Origin: Gemmatimonadota bacterium
GTDB taxonomy: Bacteria > Gemmatimonadota > Gemmatimonadetes > Longimicrobiales > RSA9
Direction of reading: 5' to 3'
DNA length: 64,000 bases
NCBI GenBank assembly: GCA_040905425.1
Contig: JBBDRO010000050.1
Location: 56,877 to 120,876 of the forward strand
Position numbers and translations under genes: made by a program. Shown one piece after another: positions 40,807-49,677 of this stretch (the first letter of the stretch is position 1; every line of letters begins with the position of its first letter). The notes beneath the pieces are model-generated. The model was not told the origin of the DNA. It did no database searches and saw only the letters and a program-made list of their open reading frames with translations.

Positions 40807-41756
40807 GACGCCGCCCGCGCGGGGCTGCGGCCGTGCGCACCGCCCTCGGTGGCGCCGGAGCCCTCCTCGAGCGGTACGCGCGCCGGCAGGACGATGCCGA
40901 TCTGCGCACCCGGGAGGAAGGGCAGGCCGCGTTCCTGCCGCACGGCGTCGTCCCACGCCGGCACGTCGGCGATCCGGGCGGTGCCGCTGCGGATGGAGAC
41001 GCGGCCGCCCCAGCGGCCCACCTGGCGGCGGATCTGCTGGATGCCCTGTCCCCGGCCCGGATCGTGGAAGCGCGTGCGACCGTGCATGAAGGCCGCCTCC
41101 AGCGCGGCAGCGTCATCCCACCCGGCCGTGTCCTGACCGGGCGCGGCGCCCGCCAGCGAACGGCGGAAGCCAATGCCCATGTCCATGACCGCGATGACTA
41201 CCACCTTCCTGCCCAGCCGCTTGGTCCACGTATAGGTCTGCGTGGCCACCCAGCCGTCCGCCTCCGCGTGCTCGATGATGTTCTGGCACACCTCGGATAG
41301 AATGACGCTGAACTGGAAGGCCTCGCGCGCCGGATACTGGAGCTGGCGCGTGAGGATGGTGAGGCCGCGCTCGTTGACCCTGTCCACCACCCCGTGCACG
41401 TCATCATGGGAACGGATGGGCGTCACCTCCAGGAGGACATCGGAGTGGCCCTGCTCGGCGCGCGGCCGGCCCGCGCCCCCGTGCAGCTCGAAGAGCGGCT
41501 CGGCGTGCTGGAAGAAGCGCATGCGGTCCAGGTAGGAGAGCACCTCGTGGTTCTCGGGCAGGCGCAGCGCGGGGCGCTCGCCGATGCGCGCCGCGGCGGT
41601 GCCCAGCGCCAGCAGGCCGAGCATCCCGTACGGATCCACCCAGCGCACGTGGCGCGCGTCCACCAGCAGGCGCGTGTCGGGCTGCAGGTCCGCCTCGCGC
41701 ACCACGCCCTCGAACGTCCGCTCCTCCACGGAGCCCGGCAGCGTGACGACTTTCAT
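40803..41756 (-). CDS. STAS-like domain fused to a GHKL/histidine-kinase-like ATPase
   Basis: LVDARHVRWVDPYG STAS-like motif; N-box SEVCQNIIEHA, G1 DMGIGF, G2 GRGQGI. No His-phosphotransfer helix or TM segment seen. Confidence 0.78.
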   Translation of the reverse strand: MKVVTLPGSVEERTFEGVVREADLQPDTRLLVDARHVRWVDPYGMLGLLALGTAAARIGERPALRLPENHEVLSYLDRMRFFQHAEPLFELHGGAGRPRAEQGHSDVLLEVTPIRSHDDVHGVVDRVNERGLTILTRQLQYPAREAFQFSVILSEVCQNIIEHAEADGWVATQTYTWTKRLGRKVVVIAVMDMGIGFRRSLAGAAPGQDTAGWDDAAALEAAFMHGRTRFHDPGRGQGIQQIRRQVGRWGGRVSIRSGTARIADVPAWDDAVRQERGLPFLPGAQIGIVLPARVPLEEGSGATEGGAHGRSPARAAS

Positions 41757-41870
41757 GGCCGGCTCCCCCGAGCGTGATCGAAGCGGTGCGGCCTCACGTG
41801 GCCATCCTCCCGTGCCGACGATCGAACAGGCGGTGCTTCACGTGCCGATCCTTCCCTGCAGATGGTCGTA
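41753..41870 (-). repeat. Degenerate tandem triplication of the PfkB 3' end / gene junction, encoding two coupled mini-ORFs
   Basis: Three related units of about 41-44 bp, each ending in RBS-like purines plus (G/A)TGA. Confidence 0.65.
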
Positions 41871-42821
41871 GAGCCCCGTGGCACCCCGGTGCACCACGTT
41901 GCGTGCGGCGGCCGCGTTGGCGGCGCGCATGGCCGCCTCCAGCCCGGCCCCCTCCAGCAGCGCGCTGAAGCAGGTGGCGCCGAAGACGTCCCCGCAGCCC
42001 GTGGGGTCACCCTCCACCGGCGCGCCCCGCACCAGTATACGCTCGCTCGTGGCGGCGCCCGGCGTGGCGAGCGGCCGCACCACCCCCAAACCGCCGCTCC
42101 GCCAGCCGAGCGGCTCCGGCCGGAAGGCCGGCGACGCCACGTAAGCCGAGCCGCGGGCTCCCAGGGTGACCAGCAGGAGGCGCAGCTCATCGCCCACCAC
42201 GCTGGCGGCCAGCCGCCACGGATCCCCCCAGGCGCTGGCCAGGATGCCCAGCTCCTCCTCGTTCATCTGCACGGCATCGAAGCAGCGCAGCCATTCGGGC
42301 CAGCTGGCGAGCGGCCGCGGCAACCGGTTGCCCTGCGCATCCAGTCCCAGGAAGATGGAGTGCAGGTCGGCGTAGATGGGCCCGCTGTAGGCGGCGCGCA
42401 GGCGCTGCGCCGTCTCCAGATCCAGCTCGAAGCCGGAGATGAAATTGATGTAGAGCGCATCCAGCCCCTCAACGATGGGCCAGAGTTCGTCCCAGCGCCA
42501 TGGGGACACCCCGCCGGTGAGCCGCTCACAGCGCCGCTCCTGGTCCACGTAGCGCAGTTCCACGCGGTTGTTCGCTTCCCGGACCACGCGTACGCCGCGC
42601 TCCAGTTCCAGCTCCGGCAGCTCGCGCAGAAAGCGCAGCCCCTCCTCCTGCAGGTCGGCGCCCAGCTTGAGCACGGGCACCACCCGCCAGGCGCGCGGCA
42701 GGGCGGCCGCCGCCGCGGCCAGGGCATACGCGATGCCGCCCCATTCCTGCACCGGCGCGGCCCAGGCGTCCCGCGCGTGGATGCGATCCCAGACCATGGT
42801 GCCGAGCACGCCCAGCCTCAC
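41838..42821 (-). CDS. PfkB/ribokinase-family carbohydrate kinase
   Basis: GG..Y N-terminal motif, QMNEEE, VTLGARG, DPTGCGDVFGA anion-hole motif. Confidence 0.88.
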   Translation of the reverse strand: MRLGVLGTMVWDRIHARDAWAAPVQEWGGIAYALAAAAAALPRAWRVVPVLKLGADLQEEGLRFLRELPELELERGVRVVREANNRVELRYVDQERRCERLTGGVSPWRWDELWPIVEGLDALYINFISGFELDLETAQRLRAAYSGPIYADLHSIFLGLDAQGNRLPRPLASWPEWLRCFDAVQMNEEELGILASAWGDPWRLAASVVGDELRLLLVTLGARGSAYVASPAFRPEPLGWRSGGLGVVRPLATPGAATSERILVRGAPVEGDPTGCGDVFGATCFSALLEGAGLEAAMRAANAAAARNVVHRGATGLYDHLQGRIGT

Positions 42822-43912
42822 ACCGCCCCGTACGTCTCCTTCTTGAACACCCCGGCGGCCCCGATCACGCCGGCGGTTCCGGGCAGCTCCGCGGACACGA
42901 TCTGGCAGCGCTCCTCGGCGCTCTTGAAGGCGCGCCGCCGCACCTCCGCGCGCAGGGGCACGAAGAGGTGGTCCCCCGCGCGCGTCACGCCGCCGGCGAT
43001 CACCACCATCTCGGGATTCAGGATGTTGATCAGGTTGGCCACGGCGCTGCCCAGCAGCTTGGCCGTCTCGCGCATGACCTCGTTGGCGTACGGATCACCC
43101 AGGATCACGGCCTCGTAGACGGTGGCGGCGGTGATGTCGTCCATCCTGCCGTTGACCAGCGCCGGCAGCAGTGAATCCGTGCCGGCCTCCAGCCCCTCCA
43201 CGGCGCGCAGCGCGATGGCGGGCCCCGAGGCGTAGGCCTCGATGCAGCCGTAATTGCCACACTTGCACTTGCGGCCGGTGGAGTCGATGGACATGTGGCC
43301 GATCTCGCCGGCGGCGTCACTCACGCCGTGGAAGATGCTGCCGTTCAGCACGATGCCGCCGCCGATGCCGGTGCCCAGGGTGAGCCCCACCAGCGTGTCC
43401 ACGTTGCGGCCGGCGCCGAGCCACCACTCGCCGTACGTGGCGCAGTTGGCGTCATTGTCCAGGGTGGCGGGCAGCCCCACCGCGTTGGCGATCAGGTCCC
43501 GCAGGGGGAAGTTGCGCCAGCCCAGGTTGGGCGTGTTGATGACCGTGCCCGTGGCCCGATCCAGCGGACCGGGGGAGCCGATGCCCACCCCGGCGAAGTC
43601 AGCCTCCGTGCCGCCGAATTCCGAGAGGATGTCCCGCCGCGCCTGGTCGATGAGGCCCACGATACGATCCACCACGAACTTGGCGCCGCGCACGGCTTCC
43701 GTGGGCACGCTGCGCAGCGCCAGCGGCTCACCCTTCCCCCCGTCCATGGGCATGACGCCCACGCCGATGTTGGTGCCGCCCAGGTCCACGCCGATGATCC
43801 ACTTCTTGTCGCCAGAAGGGGCGGCGGCACCCGCCGTGGACCCGGCCCTGCCGCTGGCCGTAGCGGGCTCGGCCTGACCGGCGCTCCCCGAAGTCGGTTC
43901 AGTGACAGCCAT
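42818..43912 (-). CDS. ROK-family sugar kinase (glucokinase-like)
   Basis: GVDLGGT, GIGSPGP, DNDANCA..GE, TLGTGIGGG, GEIGH...CKCGNYGCIE, AGVIGAA. The start is approximate. Confidence 0.93.
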   Translation of the reverse strand: MAVTEPTSGSAGQAEPATASGRAGSTAGAAAPSGDKKWIIGVDLGGTNIGVGVMPMDGGKGEPLALRSVPTEAVRGAKFVVDRIVGLIDQARRDILSEFGGTEADFAGVGIGSPGPLDRATGTVINTPNLGWRNFPLRDLIANAVGLPATLDNDANCATYGEWWLGAGRNVDTLVGLTLGTGIGGGIVLNGSIFHGVSDAAGEIGHMSIDSTGRKCKCGNYGCIEAYASGPAIALRAVEGLEAGTDSLLPALVNGRMDDITAATVYEAVILGDPYANEVMRETAKLLGSAVANLINILNPEMVVIAGGVTRAGDHLFVPLRAEVRRRAFKSAEERCQIVSAELPGTAGVIGAAGVFKKETYGAV

Positions 43913-44038
43913 AAGCATCACGGTAAGGGTGAGTGCGTGCGGGCGCGCGGTGCGCGCCCCCAGCGAATGTGCCGCGCACCCCATGGCACCTGCAAGGTGG
44001 CCGGGCCGCGCGCTGGCGCGAGGACGTCGCTTGAAAGC

Positions 44039-45838
44039 TCACTCCCCCACCTGCAGCACCGCCAGGAACGCCTCCTGGGGGATCTCCACGCTGCCCACCT
44101 GCTTCATGCGCTTCTTCCCCTCGCGCTGCTTCTCCAGGAGCTTCCGCTTGCGGGAGATGTCTCCGCCGTAGCACTTGGCGGTGACGTTCTTGCGCATGGC
44201 CTTGACCGATTCCCGGGCAATGATGCGATTACCGATGGCCGCCTGGATGGCCACCTCGAACATCTGCCGCGGGATGAGCTCCTTCAACTTCTCGGCCATC
44301 CCACGGCCCCAATCGTAGGCCTTGTCCCGGTGGATGATGATGCTGAAGGCGTCCACGGGGTCCCCATTGATCATCATGTCCAGGCGGACCAGGTCACTCC
44401 TGCGGTACTCGATCGGCTCCCAGTCCAGCGAGGCGTAGCCGCGCGTGCCGCTCTTCAGCTTGTCGTAGAAATCCAGGATGATCTCCGCCAGGGGGAGCTC
44501 GTAGGTGAACTCCACGCGCGCGGTGTCCAGGTAGTGCATCTCCTGGAAGCTGCCGCGGCGCTCGTGGCAGAGCTTCTGGACGTTGCCGATGTACTCGGCG
44601 GGGCAGACGATGCGCGCACGTACGAAGGGCTCCTCGATGGACTCCAGGAAGTTGGGGTCCGGCATGGCGCTGGGGTTCTCGATGTGCGCGTCCGTGCCGT
44701 CCGTGCGATGGATCTGGTACTTCACGTTGGGCACGGTGGTGACCAGGTCCAGCTCGAATTCGCGCTCCAGCCGCTCCTGGATGATCTCCATGTGCAGGAG
44801 CCCCAGGAAGCCGCAGCGGAAGCCGAAGCCCAGCGCCAGGGAGGACTCGGGCTCGTAGAAGAGGGAGGCGTCATTCACCTTGAGCTTTTCCAGCGCGTCG
44901 CGGAGTTCCTCGTACTGGTCGGAGTCGGAGGGGTAGAGCCCGCTGAACACCATGGGCTTGATTTCCCGGTAGCCCGGGATCATCTCCGCGGCGCGGTCGT
45001 CCGCGTCGAAGATCGTATCACCCACCTTGGTGTCCGCCACCCGCTTGATGGCCGCCAGCACGTAGCCCACCTCCCCCGCGCGCAGCTCCTCCACCTTGAA
45101 GCGACCCAGCCGGAGGAAGCCCACCTCGTCCACCTCGTACGTGTTTTCGGTGGCGCCGAAGGCTATGTGCGTGCCCGGGCGGATGGCCCCGTCCACCACG
45201 CGGATGGTGGGCACGGCGCCCTGGTAGCGGTCGTAGTAGGAGTCGAAGATGAGGGCGCGGAGCGGCGCATCGGGGTCCCCCTTCGGGGCCGGTACCCTGG
45301 CTACGATGGCCTCCAGCAGCTCGGGCACGCCGGTGCCCTCCTTGGCGGAGACCACCAGGATTTCGTCCGGATCCACCCCCAGGAGCTCGACCAGCTCCTC
45401 CTTGCGGCGCTCCGGCTCGGCACCGGGGAGGTCGATCTTGTTCAGGACCGGGATGATCTCCAGCCCGGCGTCCAGCGCCAGGAAGAGGTTGGAGAGCGTC
45501 TGCGCCTGCACGCCCTGGGAGGCGTCCACCACCAGGACCGCGCCCTCGCAGGCCTGCAGCGAACGGGACACCTCGTAGGTGAAGTCCACGTGCCCGGGCG
45601 TGTCGATGAGGTTCAGCTGGTAGGTGTGCCCGTCCCCGGCGGCGTACGCCATGCGCACCGCGTGCAGCTTGATGGTGATGCCGCGCTCGCGCTCCAGATC
45701 CATGGCGTCCAGGACCTGTTCGTCCATCTCCCGCTTGGTGAGCGTCTTCGTCTCCTCGAGGAGACGGTCCGCCAGCGTGGACTTGCCGTGGTCGATATGG
45801 GCGACGATGCAGAAGTTGCGGATCTGTTGCTGGTGCAC
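44039..45838 (-). CDS. lepA: Elongation factor 4
   Basis: [64 protein letters not shown]. Confidence 0.98.
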   Translation of the reverse strand: MHQQQIRNFCIVAHIDHGKSTLADRLLEETKTLTKREMDEQVLDAMDLERERGITIKLHAVRMAYAAGDGHTYQLNLIDTPGHVDFTYEVSRSLQACEGAVLVVDASQGVQAQTLSNLFLALDAGLEIIPVLNKIDLPGAEPERRKEELVELLGVDPDEILVVSAKEGTGVPELLEAIVARVPAPKGDPDAPLRALIFDSYYDRYQGAVPTIRVVDGAIRPGTHIAFGATENTYEVDEVGFLRLGRFKVEELRAGEVGYVLAAIKRVADTKVGDTIFDADDRAAEMIPGYREIKPMVFSGLYPSDSDQYEELRDALEKLKVNDASLFYEPESSLALGFGFRCGFLGLLHMEIIQERLEREFELDLVTTVPNVKYQIHRTDGTDAHIENPSAMPDPNFLESIEEPFVRARIVCPAEYIGNVQKLCHERRGSFQEMHYLDTARVEFTYELPLAEIILDFYDKLKSGTRGYASLDWEPIEYRRSDLVRLDMMINGDPVDAFSIIIHRDKAYDWGRGMAEKLKELIPRQMFEVAIQAAIGNRIIARESVKAMRKNVTAKCYGGDISRKRKLLEKQREGKKRMKQVGSVEIPQEAFLAVLQVGE

Positions 45839-45897
45839 GCGGTGTCCCGTGAAATGCCTGTGGCTCAACGATTTGGCCGGTGTGGACGTAATCCCGA

Positions 45898-45926
45898 AGT
45901 ATAGTGGCAGCGGCGGCCGGGATCAA
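45898..45926 (-). promoter_or_regulatory. Putative sigma70 promoter for the lepA operon
   Basis: Minus strand TTGATC-N17-TATACT, about 60 bp upstream of the GTG start. Confidence 0.6.
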
Positions 45927-46096
45927 TCGTTGCCGGGGGCGGCGGGCCAAGGCCGACATGACCGGCCTTCACGGCGGTGGGCGCCATGTCAGCGGTGACA
46001 TGCCCCGGCGAGCATCCCGACGTCTGCCGGCGGCCGATGGCCATGCTGGAACGCGCGCATGCGGAGATCGATACGCTGAGAGGGTTCTTCAAGGTT

Positions 46097-46166
46097 GCGG
46101 AACGCTCGGGGGCGGGCGGAGGTCCGTCCCGCCGTTCCGCCAAAATATTTTATAAAGTATTTTGGC
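46097..46166. promoter_or_regulatory. GC-rich hairpin adjoining a 28-bp AT-rich near-perfect palindrome
   Basis: GCGGAACG...CGTTCCGC stem with an inner GGCGGG-CGGA/TCCG-CCCGCC stem, then GCCAAAATATTTTATAAAGTATTTTGGC. Confidence 0.55.
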
Positions 46167-46276
46167 TCAACCACGGGCCGGACTGTAGGGAAGCTTCGGG
46201 TGCCGCGCACGCCTTCCGCCCCGGCCCCGCATGTGCTCCGCCCACCCGGGCGCCATCCATACGCGCTCGAGAACGC

Positions 46277-46471
46277 TCAGTGCGGCTGTTGCCGCGCCTC
46301 CCTCCCGAAGCGCGAGAGCAGAAAGAACAACACCACCGACACGAGCAGGAAGCCTGCGCCGATCAGCATCGGTGTGGTCTCGTGCAGCGCCAGACCGTGC
46401 CCCAGGAAATAGGGAAAGCCTATGGCCACCGCGGCGGCCAGGAGCGTCAGGATACTGCGTCCGAACGACAT
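46277..46471 (-). CDS. Small two-TM membrane protein
   Basis: GGAGG RBS, two hydrophobic helices, 64 aa. Confidence 0.7.
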   Translation of the reverse strand: MSFGRSILTLLAAAVAIGFPYFLGHGLALHETTPMLIGAGFLLVSVVLFFLLSRFGREARQQPH

Positions 46472-46519
46472 GTCGTGCGTCCTCCGTCAGTGATGGTCGA
46501 GGCGGCGTTGGCGCCGCCG

Positions 46520-48049
46520 CTAGTTCCGGCCGCCGGCCGCCTCGCGCACCTGGCGGAGCCCTTCGGCCGTGTACGCCGGCCTCTCCGTGTCCGCGGCAAT
46601 GGCGTGCGCGAAGTAGAAGGCCAGCTTGGCAATGCGGGCGGCCTTGTCCGTGTCGATCTTCTCCACGTGGTCCGAGGCACGGTGGTAGTCCTCGTGGACC
46701 CCCGTGAAGAAGAAGAGCGCGGGGATCTCCTTGGCCGCGAAGCTGAAGTGATCACTGCGGAAGAAGAAGCGCTCGTCGGGCCAGATGTCCTCCGCGACGG
46801 TGAGGCGCAGGTCGTCGGCGTAGCGGGTGGCCACCTCCTGCACGAGCGGCCCCAGCGAGGAGAGGTCCTGGCCGATGGCCACCACGCTGTCGGGGTCGTT
46901 TCTGCCGATCATGTCCATGTTCACGTTGGCCACGATCTGCCCGAGTGGCAGGGTGGGATGGTCGGCGTAGTAGCGTGAGCCCAGCAGCCCCTTTTCCTCC
47001 CCGCTCACGGCCATGAAGATGACGGAGCGGCGCGGCGGCGTGGGCAGCGCGGCGAACGCCTCGGCCATCTCCAGGATGGCGGAGGTGCCGGACGCGTCAT
47101 CGTCGGCGCCGTTGTAGATGGAGTCGCCGCTCTCGTCCGGGTTGCCGATGCCTACGTGGTCCATGTGCGCACTGAAGATCACGTAGGTGTCGCGCAACGC
47201 GGGGTCGCTGCCCGGCAGCATGGCCGCCACGTTGGGCGGCTGGTGGTCCACGTCCACGTAGGGCGCGGCCAGGTGCACGGCGCCGAGCGGGGTGGGGCCC
47301 GCGCCGGGAGCGCGCGCCGCGAGGGCCTGCAGGTCTCCACCCGCGGCACGGACCAGCTCCCGCAACGGCTCGGCCCGCACGAAGAAGGTGGGCAGCGCGG
47401 CCGCCGTGCTGCGCGTGCTCGTGGAGGCGGCCGCGCGCGCGGCCACGTCGGCGGGGCCCATGTCGTCCGGCAGGGCCACCACGAGCGCCGCGGCGCCCGC
47501 TTCCAGGAGAGCGCTCCGCACCGGCCGGAAAGCCCGCTCGTCCGCACGGCTCCTACCCGCGGCAAGAGGATCCGTGACCAGCACCACCTTGCCGCGCACC
47601 CGCGCGTCCGCCGCGCCCTCACCGGGATGGTAGTAGACCAGCTCCGCGCGGATCGGCGCGGTGGTGGCCGGCCCGGCGTAGAAGTCGGCGCCGTAGGTCA
47701 GCGCACGTGCGCGCGGCGCCGTCGCTTCGAAAACCGTGCCCTCGGTGACCAGCTCGCGGATCACGAAGGGGTAGCGCTGGAAGTAGGTGCCATTCTCGCC
47801 GGCGGGCTCCAGGCCCATGGAGCGGAATTCACTGACGATGTAGGCGGCCGCAACCTCGAGGCCCTGGCTGGGCGTGTCCCGCCCCTGCAGGGCGTCGCTG
47901 GCCAGGAAGCCGATGCGGGCGTAGAAGTCGTTGGGTGTGATGGTGGCCGCGGCGCGGCGCAGTTCGGCGTCGGAGGCCTGGGAGGAGGCCGGCGGCGCGC
48001 ACGCCGCCAGGATGCCGAGGCCGAGAACGAAGGCGGTGAGGCGAGTCAT
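46520..48049 (-). CDS. M28-family aminopeptidase lipoprotein with a PA-like insert
   Basis: LAAC lipobox, LASDALQGR, SAHMDH, NGADDDASG, SGEEKGLLGS, NMDMIG, RSDH, DYH. Confidence 0.92.
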   Translation of the reverse strand: MTRLTAFVLGLGILAACAPPASSQASDAELRRAAATITPNDFYARIGFLASDALQGRDTPSQGLEVAAAYIVSEFRSMGLEPAGENGTYFQRYPFVIRELVTEGTVFEATAPRARALTYGADFYAGPATTAPIRAELVYYHPGEGAADARVRGKVVLVTDPLAAGRSRADERAFRPVRSALLEAGAAALVVALPDDMGPADVAARAAASTSTRSTAAALPTFFVRAEPLRELVRAAGGDLQALAARAPGAGPTPLGAVHLAAPYVDVDHQPPNVAAMLPGSDPALRDTYVIFSAHMDHVGIGNPDESGDSIYNGADDDASGTSAILEMAEAFAALPTPPRRSVIFMAVSGEEKGLLGSRYYADHPTLPLGQIVANVNMDMIGRNDPDSVVAIGQDLSSLGPLVQEVATRYADDLRLTVAEDIWPDERFFFRSDHFSFAAKEIPALFFFTGVHEDYHRASDHVEKIDTDKAARIAKLAFYFAHAIAADTERPAYTAEGLRQVREAAGGRN

Positions 48050-48210
48050 GATGGTGCCCGTGCTCTGGGGTGCGCGCCGCGGGCGTGCCCCCCGGCGCCC
48101 CGGCGGGGTCAACCCGCGCCGGTCGTGCCCGGAAATTATCCGTGCGGGCGGCGCCGCACCACCCTCACCGGGGGGACATCGGCCGCCACCCGCAGGCGGG
48201 CTGCACGACC

Positions 48211-49158
48211 CTACAGCAACGCGGCGGCGAGGCGGGCGAGCCGCTCGCGGAAGGCGCGGTCATTGGCCTCGAACCACGCGCGCGCCGCGCGGCCAAGCGC
48301 TTCCTTCTCCGCCGTGGGACGGGTGATGAGGTCGGCGATGGCGCGCTCCAGGGCCTCCGGATCCACGTGAAAGTTGTAGCCCAGCTTGCGGGGTTCACTG
48401 TGCCTGTACGGGACCAGCACGCCGTGCTCCGGGCCGACCAGCTCGTTCATGGGGGGGGCGTTGGTGGTGAGCGTCACCGCAGCGCACGACATGGCCTCCA
48501 CGATGTAGTGCCCCCACCCTTCGCTGCGGGACGGGCACAGGTGGACGCCGCACGCGTTCTGCAGCGCGCGCAGCTCGTCGTCCGCCAGGTAGCGCTCGAC
48601 GCGCTCCACGTTGGCGGGCAGCTGCTCGGCCGGGGCGGCGCGGCCGTGCTGGACGAGCGTGAGCGTTGGCCACTCCGGGTGGCGCCGCCAGACGTCGAGC
48701 AGCTCCGCGGTGCCCTTGAGGTTGCTGCCGCCGGCCAGGTGGAAGAAGCGGCCGTAATCGGGGTCAGCATTTGGCAGGGCACGGTCCACGGAGGTGAAGC
48801 CCAGGTAGTGCACGGAGGGGTGCAGCGCGCCGAAGATCTCCTGCGCGTGGCGGCTCTTGCACAGGATGTGCTCCATGCGCGCCAGCAGCGGCACCAGACG
48901 GCGGGCGTAGCGCTCCTGATTGGGCACCAGCACGTAGCGGCCGGCGGAGCGGAGCCAGCGGGCCGTGACCCGCTCCAGAAAGAGCAGCGTCTCGTCGGCG
49001 CGCGGCCGGCCGTAGAGGCGGCGCAGCGGATTGATGCTACGGTAATGGGAGAACGCGGGCTGCCGGCCCAGCGCGGTCAGCGCGTCCGCCAGCAGGCGCA
49101 CGTCGCGATCCATGCCCACGCGGTTGGTGCGCGCCACGATGCGGAGTTGCCGTGCCAA
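48211..49158 (-). CDS. Glycosyltransferase (GT-B, family 4-like)
   Basis: HLAGGS.LKGT and the CPSRSEGWGHYIVEAMSC...TTNAPPMNELV ExxGxxxxE motif. TTG start. Confidence 0.82.
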   Translation of the reverse strand: MARQLRIVARTNRVGMDRDVRLLADALTALGRQPAFSHYRSINPLRRLYGRPRADETLLFLERVTARWLRSAGRYVLVPNQERYARRLVPLLARMEHILCKSRHAQEIFGALHPSVHYLGFTSVDRALPNADPDYGRFFHLAGGSNLKGTAELLDVWRRHPEWPTLTLVQHGRAAPAEQLPANVERVERYLADDELRALQNACGVHLCPSRSEGWGHYIVEAMSCAAVTLTTNAPPMNELVGPEHGVLVPYRHSEPRKLGYNFHVDPEALERAIADLITRPTAEKEALGRAARAWFEANDRAFRERLARLAAALL

Positions 49159-49489
49159 ACGGTGTTCCTGGCTACGAGGGTGAACGGGATGACCACCGGT
49201 CCGGGCCGCCGCGTCCGGCTAGGCCCGCTGCGTGCGCGTCCAGCCGCGATGCGGCATGACCCGCACCGCCACAACGACGAAAAGTGCACTCCGAAGCGGC
49301 CGCAACCGAGAAATGTCGACTTGTGGTTGCGATCACGACCATAACTGCACATCGAAGCCTCGCGCCGCGATCTCATTGGCCACTTGGCGTCGTGATCGCA
49401 GCGCCAGAGCGCACATCGTGCCCACCGCCGCCCTTCCCGGGCCAGTTGATGTCGTGATCCGCCAGCGCGGCCGCAGCGCCCGCTGGGGC

Positions 49490-49567
49490 TGCCCCGCGGC
49501 GCCCCGCGCGGCCACGCCCGGTGCGGTATGCCCCGCGGCGCCCCGCGCGGCCACGCCCGGTGCGGTA
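49490..49567. repeat. Exact 39-bp tandem duplication
   Basis: TGCCCCGCGGCGCCCCGCGCGGCCACGCCCGGTGCGGTA x2. Confidence 0.9.
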
Positions 49568-49636
49568 TGTGCCGCGACCAACCGCATGATAGGGCGTCGC
49601 GGACGGCCGCGCACACCCGCGGGCGGCGCCCACCGA

Positions 49637-49665
49637 TTGCCCGCAACGCCGCGTCTTGCTAAGAT
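49637..49665 (+). promoter_or_regulatory. Putative sigma70 promoter for the DUF58 operon
   Basis: TTGCCC-N17-TAAGAT with an extended -10 TG, 12 bp upstream of the ATG. Confidence 0.5.
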
Positions 49666-49677
49666 CGCCGCCCGCTC

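Noticed and set aside
40216..41756. Anti-phage defence system
   Set aside because: No nuclease or toxin effector and no mobile or defence-island context. It sits in a housekeeping operon, so a regulatory role is preferred, though defence is not excluded.
46139..46166. Chromosomal dif site
   Set aside because: The 28-bp length fits, but there is no match to the XerD arm TTATGTTAAAT, and it is more symmetric than typical dif sites.
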